Source: Candidatus Altimarinota bacterium
GTDB taxonomy: Bacteria > Patescibacteriota > Gracilibacteria > JANQMV01
DNA length: 40,000 nt
Reading direction: 5' to 3'
NCBI GenBank assembly: GCA_028279865.1
Contig: JANQMV010000004.1
Span: 10,602-50,601, forward strand
A model generated the notes under the pieces. It saw only the letters and a list, made by a program, of their open reading frames with translations. It did not search any database and was not told the origin of the DNA. Shown here piece by piece: positions 7,654 to 17,306 of the stretch (the first letter of the stretch is position 1; each line of letters opens with the position of its first letter). A program made the position numbers and the translations under genes.

Positions 7654-8274
7654 TTATCTCGAATAGAACTCAATGATCGGCTGAACATTGATACTTTGTT
7701 CAAAATCTTTTTGTGTCGGCATTTCCATAACTTCACCACTTAGTGTCGGCATATTTACCTTAATCCATGTTGGAACTTTTACCTTAGCTTTTTTAAGTTC
7801 AGCAAATATCTCATTTTTCTGAAAGGCATTCTTTATTGCAAATTTGTCACCGACTTTCACTTGTATAGAAGGTGTTTTAATCTTTTTTCCGTTTAAAGTG
7901 CACAGTCCGTGACTCACAAATTGACGTGCCTGCACACGAGAAAAAGCCATACCGGATCGATAAATTACATTGTCTATACGCGTTTCCAAATTTTGCATTA
8001 AAGCATCACCTGCCGTTAGTTCTTTTTGTGCTCCGGCTTTTGTATTATAACCAGAAAATTGTTTCTCACTTAAACCAAAAATACGTTTTGCTTTTTGTTT
8101 TTCGCGAAGCTGTCTTGCATATTCTGTCATTTTCTTAAAACCCTGCCCGTGTAAACCAGGAGCATAGTTTTTTTTCAAAAAAGCGCACTTTTGAGATTCG
8201 CAACGATCTCCTTTTAGAAAGAGCTTTTCTCCTTCTCTTCTACATTGACGACATTTTGGACCTGTATATCTCAT
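7654..8274 (-). CDS. rpsD: 30S ribosomal protein S4 (uS4)
   Basis: 206-aa ORF starting MRYTGPKCRQCRREGEKLFLKGDRC. Alpha-operon position. Confidence 0.9.
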   Translation of the reverse strand: MRYTGPKCRQCRREGEKLFLKGDRCESQKCAFLKKNYAPGLHGQGFKKMTEYARQLREKQKAKRIFGLSEKQFSGYNTKAGAQKELTAGDALMQNLETRIDNVIYRSGMAFSRVQARQFVSHGLCTLNGKKIKTPSIQVKVGDKFAIKNAFQKNEIFAELKKAKVKVPTWIKVNMPTLSGEVMEMPTQKDFEQSINVQPIIEFYSR

Positions 8275-8347
8275 TCTTGTAATAATTAGAACTTGGTAAA
8301 TTTATAGTTTCAAAACAACAAACTAACAAATAGCTCGCTTGCTTTTG

Positions 8348-8734
8348 CTAAACTCTTCGTGGTTTTTTCCGACGACATCCGTTGTGTGGAGTTGGAGTTG
8401 TATCAACGATGGCATCAATATCCAAGCCGGCAGACTGCAAGCCACGAATACCTTGCTCTCTACCCGGACCAACTCCTTTGACAAAGATTGAAACTTGCAT
8501 TAGGCCATAAGGCTTTGATTTTTCTACAGCGTTTTCAGCTGCTACCTGAGCCGCATATGGAGTAGATTTTCTTGCTCCTTTAAATCCGCTTGAACCTGCG
8601 CTACTCCAAGCAAGTACATTCCCCTCTTTATCTGTTAAAGTTACAATCGTGTTATTAAAGGTCGCTTGAATATAAGCATTACCTTTTAAAACACTTTTGC
8701 GCACTTTTTTCTTAGTTGATTTATCTTTTGCCAC
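8348..8734 (-). CDS. rpsK: 30S ribosomal protein S11 (uS11); GTG start
   Basis: 128-aa ORF ending ...[18 protein letters not shown]. The start triplet at 8732-8734 is GTG. Confidence 0.9.
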   Translation of the reverse strand: MAKDKSTKKKVRKSVLKGNAYIQATFNNTIVTLTDKEGNVLAWSSAGSSGFKGARKSTPYAAQVAAENAVEKSKPYGLMQVSIFVKGVGPGREQGIRGLQSAGLDIDAIVDTTPTPHNGCRRKKPRRV

Positions 8735-8764
8735 AGTTTGAAAATTATAAATTAGAAACTACAA

Positions 8765-9130
8765 TTAACCTTTTTTATTTGCAATTGTCTTTTTTCTCCC
8801 TTTTCTCGTTCTTGCATTTGTTTTGGTCTTTTGTCCGCGTACAGGCAAACCTCTTTTATGCCTAAAACCTCGGTAAGAACCAATTTCTTGCAGCCTTTTA
8901 ATATTTAAAGCAACCAATCTGCGCAAATCAGCTTCTGTAGGATGCTTTGCAATGACTTCTCGAATTTTTGCAATTTCAGCCTCTGTTAAATCTTTGACTT
9001 TTTTATCAAGGTCAATTTTTAAACCATTTAAAAGCTCTTTGCTTAAAGAACGACCAATCCCAACTATATAAGTTAGTCCGATTTCAATTCTTTTTTCTGC
9101 CGGCAAATTTACTCCTGCAATTCTGACCAT
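8765..9130 (-). CDS. rpsM: 30S ribosomal protein S13 (uS13)
   Basis: 121-aa ORF starting [22 protein letters not shown]. Confidence 0.9.
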   Translation of the reverse strand: MVRIAGVNLPAEKRIEIGLTYIVGIGRSLSKELLNGLKIDLDKKVKDLTEAEIAKIREVIAKHPTEADLRRLVALNIKRLQEIGSYRGFRHKRGLPVRGQKTKTNARTRKGRKKTIANKKG

Positions 9131-9173
9131 ATTAAATAATAAATATTAACAAATAATAAAAATAAAGCAGGCA

Positions 9174-9287
9174 TTAACCTTGCCGCTGCTTATGCCTCTT
9201 GTTTATACAAATAATACGAATAACACCTCTCCTTTTCACAACCTGGCAATTATCACATATTTTTTTTACAGATGCTCCTACTTTCAT
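9174..9287 (-). CDS. rpmJ: 50S ribosomal protein L36 (bL36), Zn-ribbon form
   Basis: Not in the ORF track (<60 aa). My hand translation gives [37 protein letters not shown] (37 aa, TAA stop). It sits between infA and rpsM as expected. Confidence 0.85.
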   Translation of the reverse strand: MKVGASVKKICDNCQVVKRRGVIRIICINKRHKQRQG

Positions 9288-9303
9288 TTTAGTAAAGTTA
9301 AAA

Positions 9304-9573
9304 TTAATCTTTATTTCGATAGGTAATCCTACCTTTTGTTAAGTCATAAGGAGTTAACTCAACCTTAACCTTGTCACCTGGAAGGATTTTTATATAAAAC
9401 ATTCTCATTTTACCTGAAACGTGTGCTGTCACGTTGAAATCAGTACCTTCGCTTGCTTCTTCTCCTTCATTACTTCCCTCTGTTGCTCCAAATCCAGAGA
9501 TTTTTACGATAAATTTCGCATTAGGAAGGCACTCAACAACTGTACCCTCAACCTCAATAATTTCTTTAGCCAT
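9304..9573 (-). CDS. infA: Translation initiation factor IF-1 with a ~20-aa acidic/Gly insertion
   Basis: 89-aa ORF. The flanks match the IF-1 S1-fold ([17 protein letters not shown] ... [32 protein letters not shown]). The extra segment [20 protein letters not shown] lies at aa 26-45. Confidence 0.85.
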   Translation of the reverse strand: MAKEIIEVEGTVVECLPNAKFIVKISGFGATEGSNEGEEASEGTDFNVTAHVSGKMRMFYIKILPGDKVKVELTPYDLTKGRITYRNKD

Positions 9574-9680
9574 AAGCGTTTTTTATCTAAAAAGCATACA
9601 AAGCGCAAGCATTTTAATGAAATCCACACTAGAATGCAAGGTTTTTTTTTCTTTTTTTATTTTATGTTTTTTTACTTACT

Positions 9681-10424
9681 TTAAGCCAATATCTCGGATC
9701 CTTTTTTAGTTACCAAGACAGTATGCTCAAAATGTGCGGAGAGGTTGTGTGCTTTTACTGTCCAGCCATCATCTTCATCATAAGTTTTGCCTGATTCACC
9801 TAAAACAGAAATTGGCTCAATCGCCAACACCATACCTTCTTTCAAGGTTAGACCTTCTCCTTTTTTGCCATAATTTAATATTTCCGGTTCTTCGTGAACA
9901 TTATATCCTATGCCATGTCCGGTACAACTACGTACGACAGAAAAGCCTCTTTGTTCAATTGTTTTTTGAATTGTTGAGGAAACATCTCCTAATTTTGCAC
10001 CTTCCCGAATTTTTTTTATCGATTTTTGTAAAGCTCTCTTGGTTGTCTTAACAAAAAAATTCACATCATCAGAAACTTTTCCTACGATAAACGTCCTTGC
10101 GCTGTCTGTGTGTAAGCCTTTATAACAAACACCACAGTCAACTCCTACAATATCTCCGTCTTGAATTAATCTGTCTCCCGGTATTCCATGTACAACTTCT
10201 TCATTGATCGAAATACAAAGAGTTGACGGAAAGCCTTGATATCCTTTAAAACTTGGAGTGGCATCATTTTCTAAAATCAATTTTTCTGCTAACTCATCTA
10301 AATCACTGGTTTTCATGCCTGCTTCAATTTTTTCTTCCAAAGTATTCAAGACCATGCGTAAAATTTTTCCGCTTTTACGCATAATTTCAATTTCTGCCTG
10401 TGTTTTAATTGGTACATTCGCCAA
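9681..10424 (-). CDS. map: Type I methionine aminopeptidase
   Basis: 247-aa ORF with MetAP metal-binding context (VHGIPG, DCGV, GHGIG, EP..L). Conserved adk-map-infA order. Confidence 0.9.
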   Translation of the reverse strand: MANVPIKTQAEIEIMRKSGKILRMVLNTLEEKIEAGMKTSDLDELAEKLILENDATPSFKGYQGFPSTLCISINEEVVHGIPGDRLIQDGDIVGVDCGVCYKGLHTDSARTFIVGKVSDDVNFFVKTTKRALQKSIKKIREGAKLGDVSSTIQKTIEQRGFSVVRSCTGHGIGYNVHEEPEILNYGKKGEGLTLKEGMVLAIEPISVLGESGKTYDEDDGWTVKAHNLSAHFEHTVLVTKKGSEILA

Positions 10425-10451
10425 GATTTCTTAAAATTAAAAACAAAACGT

Positions 10452-10596
10452 TATCCTGAATGGAGTTTACGGAGCTGAAGGATATTTCGAAGGAAAGAGT
10501 CTCACAAATCGCACTTTTAAAATTGATTTATTAAAAAAAGGTAATACTAGATTCTTCGACTTCATTACGCTCTCGTTTCATTTTGCTCAGAATGAC
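10452..10596. repeat. Composite intergenic repeat, copy 2
   Basis: ATCCTGAATGGAGTTTACGGAGCTGAAGGAT (10452-10482) and ATTCTTCGAC...GCTCAGAATGAC (10550-10596) match the two modules at 1535-1565 and 1604-1632. Confidence 0.6.
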
Positions 10597-10611
10597 CGAT
10601 AGAAAAAATAT

Positions 10612-11253
10612 TTATAGCTTTGACTCCAGCTCTGAAATCAAATCTGCTGTAACTTCTTCAATTCCCTGTTCTCCGTTAATCTCAATCATTTTACCTTCTT
10701 CAATATAACCATCAATTACCGGACGAGTTTCATTCATATAAGCATCTAACCTATTTTCAATGGCATCCAAGTTGCTGTCATCTTGCCTCATTTCAAGTTC
10801 ACCACCGCATTTTTCACAAGTATCATCAGCATAAAAAGCCGGATAAATTTCTTTACAATTTTTGCACATACGACGAGCTGTCAATCTCTGAATTGCCTCT
10901 TCCCTGCTAATTTCAATCAGAACTCCTGCAAAATCTTTCTTTTCTTTTTCCATTAAGGCATCAAAGGCTATCTTTTGATCCATTTTCCTTGGCAAACCAT
11001 CAAAAAGTACCGGCGTTTCGGCAGGTGTATTTTTAAGAAAATTTTCAATCACTTCCATAATCACAGAAGTGTCTACTAGGTTACCAGCTTCTACAATTGC
11101 TTTGATTTTATTACCTAGCTCTGATTCGGAAGCAATCAATTTTCTTAACTCTCCGCCTGTTTCAAAAATCGTATAGCCGTATTTTTCAGCAATTATTTTC
11201 CCTTGAGTCCCTTTACCTGAGCCTTGAATTCCAAATAAAACAATATTTTTCAT
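10612..11253 (-). CDS. adk: Adenylate kinase (long form with Cys4 lid)
   Basis: 213-aa ORF with P-loop GIQGSGKGTQ and lid CKNC...CEKCG. Confidence 0.9.
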   Translation of the reverse strand: MKNIVLFGIQGSGKGTQGKIIAEKYGYTIFETGGELRKLIASESELGNKIKAIVEAGNLVDTSVIMEVIENFLKNTPAETPVLFDGLPRKMDQKIAFDALMEKEKKDFAGVLIEISREEAIQRLTARRMCKNCKEIYPAFYADDTCEKCGGELEMRQDDSNLDAIENRLDAYMNETRPVIDGYIEEGKMIEINGEQGIEEVTADLISELESKL

Positions 11254-11303
11254 AATTCTTTATTTAGGAGATAAAAAACATTTTTTTAGTAAAGCAAAAA
11301 TTG

Positions 11304-11424
11304 ACCAGCCATTAGCTATTAGCTTTGAGCTGTTAGCTTTTTATTTAAAACTAGTTTTTAATTTTCTGTTACAGCTTCTCAATCTGTGTAATTTATGACT
11401 CAAACCAGCTAATGGCTAGCAGCT
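11304..11424. repeat. AGCTNNN heptad tract plus an 11-bp inverted repeat (AGCCATTAGCT / AGCTAATGGCT)
   Basis: AGCTATTAGCTTTGAGCTGTTAGCT has 7-nt periodicity. The inverted arms at 11308-11318 and 11407-11417 bracket ~90 nt in the secY-adk spacer. Confidence 0.5.
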
Positions 11425-11429
11425 TGCGA

Positions 11430-12722
11430 TTAGTATAATTTATCATAATCGTGCATTACCATTTGAGCATTAATCTGTCTCATCAATTCAATAATAACTC
11501 CTACGATAATAATCAGACCAGAGCCGGAAATAATTAAATCTCCTGAGCTTAAAGGCGTAATTTTTGTAAAAATCAGAGGAACAACCGCTACGACTGCCAA
11601 GAAAATACCTCCTGAAAGATTCAAGTAACTTGATGTTTTACCTAAAAAGTCTGCTGTCTGTGAGCCAGGTCTAATCCCCGGAATAAAACCACCTCTCTTT
11701 TGAATGTTTTCCGCTACTTGCTCCGGGTTAAAGGTTACACTCACATAAAAGTATGAGAATGCGACAACTAACAGAAAATAAACAACTAAATAGGCAATTG
11801 AAGGATTGTTTGTGGAGAAATTATTTAAAACAAACTCTGCTGTTGTCCGAAGTAAAGGTGATTGCGCATTTTGAAAAAATTGGGCAAGTACTCCGGGAAA
11901 AGTAACCATCGAGATAGCAAAAATAATCGGAATCATTCCTGCTTGGTTAACCTTAATTGGTAAAACCGACTTTTCCCCACGTGTAGCCTTGCCTGTGTAT
12001 GTAAGCGGTATTTTTCGCTGACCTTCCGTAAAGATAATCACTAAAATCAAAATCACAAAAGTAAGCGCCATGAAAATTAAAAACGGCACAAGCTTAGTTG
12101 TGTCTCCAAATTGTGAAAGACCTAAAATACGACCTAAAACAGCTGGCATATTTGCGATAATACCAAACATAATAATCATTGAGATACCATTCCCAATTCC
12201 TTTTTCCGTGATCATTTCACCGAGCCACATCAAGAAAATCGTACCTGCAGTAATGTAAAGCATGATTGGTAAAACAACCATTGGATTTGTTACATCAGCA
12301 ATAAGCTGACCTTGTGCAGATGAATTGAGCAAAATAATCATTCCATAAGATTGCAGAAAAGCTAAAGGTAAAGTTAACCAACGTGTATACTTGTTAATTT
12401 TACGACGTCCTTGCTCTCCTTCTTTAGAAAGGTTTTCTAGGTGAGGAATCACAACCGTCATCAACTGAATAATAATTGAAGCGTTGATATATGGAGAAAT
12501 TCCCATTAAAACTATGGAGAAATTATCCATACTACCTCCTGTCATTGCCGCAAAGATACCAAGCAGACTATTGCTATCCATGATTTGTTTCAATGCAGAA
12601 GCATCTACGCCTGGTACGGTGATATGAGCAACCAAGCGATAAACCAAAATAAGGAAAAACGTAAACAGGATCTTTTTACGTAAACCTTTAGAGTTCCAAA
12701 TCTGTTTTAAGTATTTAAACAT
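11430..12722 (-). CDS. secY: Preprotein translocase subunit SecY
   Basis: 430-aa polytopic membrane ORF in the conserved position after rplO. Confidence 0.9.
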   Translation of the reverse strand: MFKYLKQIWNSKGLRKKILFTFFLILVYRLVAHITVPGVDASALKQIMDSNSLLGIFAAMTGGSMDNFSIVLMGISPYINASIIIQLMTVVIPHLENLSKEGEQGRRKINKYTRWLTLPLAFLQSYGMIILLNSSAQGQLIADVTNPMVVLPIMLYITAGTIFLMWLGEMITEKGIGNGISMIIMFGIIANMPAVLGRILGLSQFGDTTKLVPFLIFMALTFVILILVIIFTEGQRKIPLTYTGKATRGEKSVLPIKVNQAGMIPIIFAISMVTFPGVLAQFFQNAQSPLLRTTAEFVLNNFSTNNPSIAYLVVYFLLVVAFSYFYVSVTFNPEQVAENIQKRGGFIPGIRPGSQTADFLGKTSSYLNLSGGIFLAVVAVVPLIFTKITPLSSGDLIISGSGLIIIVGVIIELMRQINAQMVMHDYDKLY

Positions 12723-12763
12723 ATCCTCTTGTTATTCATTTATAATTTAAGTTCTTTACCCTA

Positions 12764-13201
12764 TTAAGCAATTTCTCCACCTGCTTTTAAGATTTTTTCT
12801 TTGGCTGTCTCAGAAATTTTCTCCACATTAAATTTAAGTTTTTTTTCCAAGTCTCCCATTCCTAAAATTTTCACAGGTAAGTCTTTTTTTGCAATAAGCC
12901 CTTTTTCTAAAAGAGATGTTGTATTTACCTCAGCTCCGTTTTTAAATTGGTTTAGCTTGGTAAGGTTAACAACTTGATAAGTTTTTTTGTTTGGACTTCT
13001 GAAGCCTTTTAATTTCGGCATTCTCAAAATCAAAGGAGTTTGACCTCCTTCAAAGCCCGCACGTACTCCGCCACCGGCACGACAGTTTTGTCCGTTCATC
13101 CCGCGTCCTGAATATGTACCTAGACCGGATCCGTTTCCACGACCGACACGTTTTTTTCTTTTAATTGAACCTTTATTAGGTTTTAATTCTTGTAATTTCA
13201 C
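12764..13201 (-). CDS. rplO: 50S ribosomal protein L15 (uL15); GTG start
   Basis: 145-aa ORF (MKLQELKPNKGSIKRKKRVGRGNGSGLG...). The start triplet at 13199-13201 is GTG. Confidence 0.9.
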   Translation of the reverse strand: MKLQELKPNKGSIKRKKRVGRGNGSGLGTYSGRGMNGQNCRAGGGVRAGFEGGQTPLILRMPKLKGFRSPNKKTYQVVNLTKLNQFKNGAEVNTTSLLEKGLIAKKDLPVKILGMGDLEKKLKFNVEKISETAKEKILKAGGEIA

Positions 13202-13450
13202 AGTATCGAAATATTAATATATAAGATTTTCAAATATTAGTTTCTAAGCTGCAGTCATTAGAGAAATGTCAGATTAACAAGCAAAACTTAAACCCTAATA
13301 ATTCTATTCAAAAACAACTGCTTTTCCTTCTTAGATAATCCAACAAAATAGGTGTTGAGGTAGAGGTTAAAAAAAGCAGCTTTCATATCAATCAAATTTT
13401 GCTCTGTTTTCCTCCATTCATTAAACAAAAACTTTCTGATTTAAAACTCC

Positions 13451-14047
13451 TTAAGAAGCTTTTTTTGCCACAACTTTTTTTGGCTTTTCTTCTTTTTTAA
13501 CCGCTTTTTTTGCTACTTTTGTTCCTGGCTTCTTAGATTCTTTTTTGGCTGTTACTTTACGGTCTTCCTCTTTAACTTCTTTTAGCGATTGTAAAGCTTT
13601 AATAGTTGCTTGGGCACTTACAAGTTTGTTTGTGGTCCCAAAAGATTTTCCATACATATTTTTAACCCCAGCAAGCTCTGCAATCTTACGCACAGCACCA
13701 CCGGCAATAATTCCTGTTCCTTCATAAGCTGGCATAATCATTAGGCGTGCCGCTTTAAATTTGAGATTTACTTCGTGTGGAATCGAATCAATTTTTGTCA
13801 GAGGTACTACGATTAGTTCACGTTTGGCTTTTGCAACAGCTTTTTGTATTGCTGCAGCAACTTCCTGAGACTTACCAGTACCTACTCCGACTTTACCTTT
13901 GCGGTTACCAATTATTACAGTCGCTCTAAATCTAAGCCTACGACCACCTTTTACCACACGGGTTACACGAGCAATATCAAGTACTTCTTCTTGAAATTCT
14001 TTAACTTCCTTTGGTTTTCTCCTAGATTTAAATTGTTTTTTAGCCAC
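13451..14047 (-). CDS. rpsE: 30S ribosomal protein S5 (uS5) with a K-rich C-terminal tail
   Basis: 198-aa ORF with the S5 core (VTRVVKGGRRLRFRATVIIGN...) and a ~40-aa Lys-rich extension. Confidence 0.9.
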   Translation of the reverse strand: MAKKQFKSRRKPKEVKEFQEEVLDIARVTRVVKGGRRLRFRATVIIGNRKGKVGVGTGKSQEVAAAIQKAVAKAKRELIVVPLTKIDSIPHEVNLKFKAARLMIMPAYEGTGIIAGGAVRKIAELAGVKNMYGKSFGTTNKLVSAQATIKALQSLKEVKEEDRKVTAKKESKKPGTKVAKKAVKKEEKPKKVVAKKAS

Positions 14048-14067
14048 AGTAATACTTTATAAAAAAA

Positions 14068-14415
14068 TTAAAATTTTAATCCACCTTCGCGAGCACCTTC
14101 CGCAACAGCTTTGACTTTTCCATGAAACTTATAACCATTGCGATCAAAAACACATTCTTTAATTTTTAACTCACCGGCAATCTTTGCAATGCCAGTACCA
14201 ACTTCCTTAGCCGTTACAAGTGTTCCTCTTTTTTTCTTGTCTTTAATGGTTGACACAGAGGCAAGTGTTTTTGAAGCAGTATCATCAACCAGTTGGGCAG
14301 AAATATTTTGTAAACTTCTACTTACAACTAGACGAGGTTTTTTGGCTACACCAGTAATTTTCGATCTTATTTTACGGTGTCTCTTTTGCCTCTTTTGGAG
14401 TTTCGGATTCAACAT
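14068..14415 (-). CDS. rplR: 50S ribosomal protein L18 (uL18)
   Basis: 115-aa ORF ending ...DRNGYKFHGKVKAVAEGAREGGLKF. Confidence 0.9.
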   Translation of the reverse strand: MLNPKLQKRQKRHRKIRSKITGVAKKPRLVVSRSLQNISAQLVDDTASKTLASVSTIKDKKKRGTLVTAKEVGTGIAKIAGELKIKECVFDRNGYKFHGKVKAVAEGAREGGLKF

Positions 14416-14439
14416 TATTTTCAGTAATTAACTTATACT

Positions 14440-14985
14440 TTATTTAGCTGCAGTTTTACCTGCTTTACGTAAGATGTACTCTCCAACGTATTTAATTCCT
14501 TTTCCTTTATAAGGCTCTGGTTTCTTTTGCTTACGAATGTTTGCAGCAAATTCGCCTACAGCTTGCTTATCAATACCTTTTACAATAATAATATTCTTGT
14601 TTTCAGGGTCCAAATTAACCTCTATCCCTTGAGGTGCATTCATTTCTACCGGATGAGAATAACCTACGTTCAGGGTAATTTTTTTTCCAGTCGCTTGAGC
14701 CCTATAACCGACTCCTACAATTTCCAGTCTTTTTTCATAACCTTTTGTTACCCCTTCCACCATATTGGCAAGCAGAGTTCTTGTCAGCCCGTGAATGCTT
14801 TTATCTTCCTTCGCATCCGAATGACGTGTTACGATAATTTGTCCCTCTTCAATCGCAACAATGGCTCTCTCATTTAAAATTGTAGAGAGCTCTCCTTTCG
14901 GACCTTTAACAGAAACAACCCCGTCTTGCATTGTAACAGTCACGTCACTTGAGAACTCAACCGGTTTTTTTCCAATTCTTGACAT
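14440..14985 (-). CDS. rplF: 50S ribosomal protein L6 (uL6)
   Basis: 181-aa ORF starting MSRIGKKPVEFSSDVTV. Confidence 0.9.
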   Translation of the reverse strand: MSRIGKKPVEFSSDVTVTMQDGVVSVKGPKGELSTILNERAIVAIEEGQIIVTRHSDAKEDKSIHGLTRTLLANMVEGVTKGYEKRLEIVGVGYRAQATGKKITLNVGYSHPVEMNAPQGIEVNLDPENKNIIIVKGIDKQAVGEFAANIRKQKKPEPYKGKGIKYVGEYILRKAGKTAAK

Positions 14986-15009
14986 ATCCTTATAGTAATT
15001 TAAAATATT

Positions 15010-15387
15010 CTAATACACTTCACACAAAATTTCTCCTCCAACACCTTGCTTTCTTGCCTCGTCTCCTGACATGACACCTTTTGAAGTAGAAATTAGCGAA
15101 ATACCATAACCATTTAAAACTTTTCCAATTTCACCCTTACCAACATAGATTCTTTGACCTGGCTTACTGATCCTTTTTAAGGTAAGCTTTTTCGTATTAT
15201 CAAGAGTAATATTAAGTGTTTTGAATTTACCATCCACTCCTTCTTTGTAGTCTTGAATAAAGCCTTTTTTTTGGAGTACATCAAGAATATTTTTTTTCAT
15301 CTGAGAAAACGGTACGGCAACAACCTCTTGTCTTGCCATTTGACCGTTTCTGACTCTTGTTAATAAATCTGCTATCGGATCTGTCAT
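15010..15387 (-). CDS. rpsH: 30S ribosomal protein S8 (uS8)
   Basis: 125-aa ORF starting MTDPIADLLTRVRNGQMA. Confidence 0.9.
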   Translation of the reverse strand: MTDPIADLLTRVRNGQMARQEVVAVPFSQMKKNILDVLQKKGFIQDYKEGVDGKFKTLNITLDNTKKLTLKRISKPGQRIYVGKGEIGKVLNGYGISLISTSKGVMSGDEARKQGVGGEILCEVY

Positions 15388-15440
15388 ATCTGATTAAATA
15401 AATGATACTATCTGTTAACTTTAATTAAATTTATTCCTAG

Positions 15441-15497
15441 AGAAGCTTTTAACTTCTAGCTTTTATAAAAGCTAAAGTTCAATAGCTAACAGCTGTC
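15441..15497. repeat. AGCT-rich heptad-like tract containing a 16-nt perfect palindrome (AGCTTTTATAAAAGCT)
   Basis: Palindrome at 15458-15473. AGCTAACAGCT at 15485-15495 is the reverse complement of AGCTGTTAGCT at 11328-11338. Confidence 0.45.
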
Positions 15498-15722
15498 TTA
15501 CCAGCTTGATTTCTTAATTCCCATAATATTACCTGCTCTTGCCTGCTCACGGAAACAAATTCTGCAGATTTGGAAATAACCAATATAACCACGATTTCTT
15601 CCGCAAAGTTTACAACGGTTATAGACACGAGTCTTAAAAACAGGTTTTTTACCTTGCTCCAACTCTCTTTTTAACTTTTTTTGCCGTTTTTCAGTTTTTA
15701 CAATTAATGCTTTTCTAGCCAT
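15498..15722 (-). CDS. rpsN: 30S ribosomal protein S14, short Zn-ribbon (type Z) form
   Basis: 74-aa ORF with CKLCGR...CRICFRE, ending KSSW. Confidence 0.9.
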   Translation of the reverse strand: MARKALIVKTEKRQKKLKRELEQGKKPVFKTRVYNRCKLCGRNRGYIGYFQICRICFREQARAGNIMGIKKSSW

Positions 15723-15730
15723 GTGATTAA

Positions 15731-16273
15731 TTAGTTATTTTTCTTAAAAGGAAATCCCATTTCGGCAAGCAACGCTTTTCCTTGTTCAGGATTTTTAGCT
15801 GTTGTTGTGATGGTTATTTGTAATCCGTGAATTTTTGCAATATCTTCAATGTTTAGCTCCGGGAATACAGAGCAATCTTTGAGACCTAAGCTGTAGTTAC
15901 CTTTTTGGTCAAATGATTTAGGAGACACTCCTTGAAAATCACGCACACGAGGAAGAACCACATTAACAAGCCTTTCCATAAAGTCATACATTTTTTGTTT
16001 ACGCAATGTCACGCTTAATCCTACCGGCATTCCGATTCTTAGCTTAAAATTGGAAATCGCCATACGAGCATTGCTTACAACCGGCTTTTGCCCGGTAATC
16101 ATTGCGATATTTTCAGCAATTTCATCATATTTTTTGTTATTACGCATGTATGTTCCAATCCCAATATTCACTTTAATTTTCTCTAACGCAGGTACTGCAT
16201 TAATATTCTTTAAACTTAAATCTTTTAAAAGTTTTTGCCGAATCTCTTTTTGATATCTTTCTCTGAGTGTCAT
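15731..16273 (-). CDS. rplE: 50S ribosomal protein L5 (uL5)
   Basis: 180-aa ORF in the spc-operon position between rplX and rpsN. Confidence 0.9.
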   Translation of the reverse strand: MTLRERYQKEIRQKLLKDLSLKNINAVPALEKIKVNIGIGTYMRNNKKYDEIAENIAMITGQKPVVSNARMAISNFKLRIGMPVGLSVTLRKQKMYDFMERLVNVVLPRVRDFQGVSPKSFDQKGNYSLGLKDCSVFPELNIEDIAKIHGLQITITTTAKNPEQGKALLAEMGFPFKKNN

Positions 16274-16306
16274 TTTAAATGTTAATTATAAACAATATTT
16301 TAAAAT

Positions 16307-16642
16307 TTATTTTGTCTTCTTTTTTGAAAATGATTGGTCAACTGCTGCGTTACATTTTTTACAAATTCTCACTTTTTTACCTTTTTCGGGGACTTGATAA
16401 CCTACTCTTGTTGATTTACTACATTGAGGACAAACAAGTAGGACATTTGAGACACTAATAGGTGCTTCGTATTTTACTTTTTCACCTTGTTTGTTTGCAG
16501 TTTTACGAATGTGCTTAGTCCGGATATTCACTTTTTCTACAACAATTTGATTTTTTGATGTAATAACCCGCAAAACATTACCTGTTTTTCCTTTATCTTT
16601 TCCCGTTGTAACTAGTACGTTGTCATTTGTTTTAATCTTCAT
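16307..16642 (-). CDS. rplX: 50S ribosomal protein L24 (uL24) with CxxC...CxxC
   Basis: 111-aa ORF with a KOW motif (GKDKGKTGNV) and Cys71/74/94/97. Confidence 0.9.
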   Translation of the reverse strand: MKIKTNDNVLVTTGKDKGKTGNVLRVITSKNQIVVEKVNIRTKHIRKTANKQGEKVKYEAPISVSNVLLVCPQCSKSTRVGYQVPEKGKKVRICKKCNAAVDQSFSKKKTK

Positions 16643-16663
16643 CCTGAATAATAAATAAACTTT

Positions 16664-17032
16664 TTATAATACTTCCGGAGCTTGAGAAATGATTTTCTGA
16701 AAACCTTTTGGTCTCAGTTCCCTCGCAATCGGACCAAAAACACGGGTTCCTTTTGGCTGAAGATCTTTATTGATAATCACAACAGCATTTTCATCAAATC
16801 GAATATAGGAACCATCTTTACGGCGAATTTCTTTTGATTGTCTTACAACAACAGCTCTTTCGACACTTTTTTTCTTGACAACACCTTTTGGTGCAGCTTC
16901 TTTCACCGAAACAACGATAACGTCACCGATTCGCGCATACCTTCTTTTTGAACCTCCCAGTACCTTAATACACATTACTCTTTTAGCACCTGTATTATCC
17001 GCTACCTTGAGAATTGTTTGAGTTTGAATCAC
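16664..17032 (-). CDS. rplN: 50S ribosomal protein L14 (uL14)
   Basis: 122-aa ORF starting [17 protein letters not shown]. Confidence 0.9.
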   Translation of the reverse strand: MIQTQTILKVADNTGAKRVMCIKVLGGSKRRYARIGDVIVVSVKEAAPKGVVKKKSVERAVVVRQSKEIRRKDGSYIRFDENAVVIINKDLQPKGTRVFGPIARELRPKGFQKIISQAPEVL

Positions 17033-17057
17033 TTTTTCAAAAATTAATAAACTAATG

Positions 17058-17291
17058 TTAAGCAGCTACTGCTTCTTCAACTTTCCATCTTTTTAACTTA
17101 CTCATTGGTTTTGTCTCTGAAATCAAAACCAAGTCTCCTTCCTTATATTCTTTTCCGGCAGTATCCGCGTAATATTTTTTACTCACACGATACTTCTTTT
17201 TATAGATAGGATGTGTTTTGTAAGAATGAACAGTTACAACAACTGTATTTTGCATTTTTGTGCTTGTGATTGTTCCTTTTTTTGTTCTCAT
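17058..17291 (-). CDS. rpsQ: 30S ribosomal protein S17 (uS17)
   Basis: 77-aa ORF (...[23 protein letters not shown]...). Lies between rpmC and rplN. Confidence 0.85.
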   Translation of the reverse strand: MRTKKGTITSTKMQNTVVVTVHSYKTHPIYKKKYRVSKKYYADTAGKEYKEGDLVLISETKPMSKLKRWKVEEAVAA

Positions 17292-17306
17292 ACAATGATA
17301 AAATTA

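Noticed and set aside
13202-13450. Small ORFs in the rpsE-rplO spacer as a divergent L30
   Set aside because: The translations, including with UGA = Gly, show no L30-like sequence pattern.
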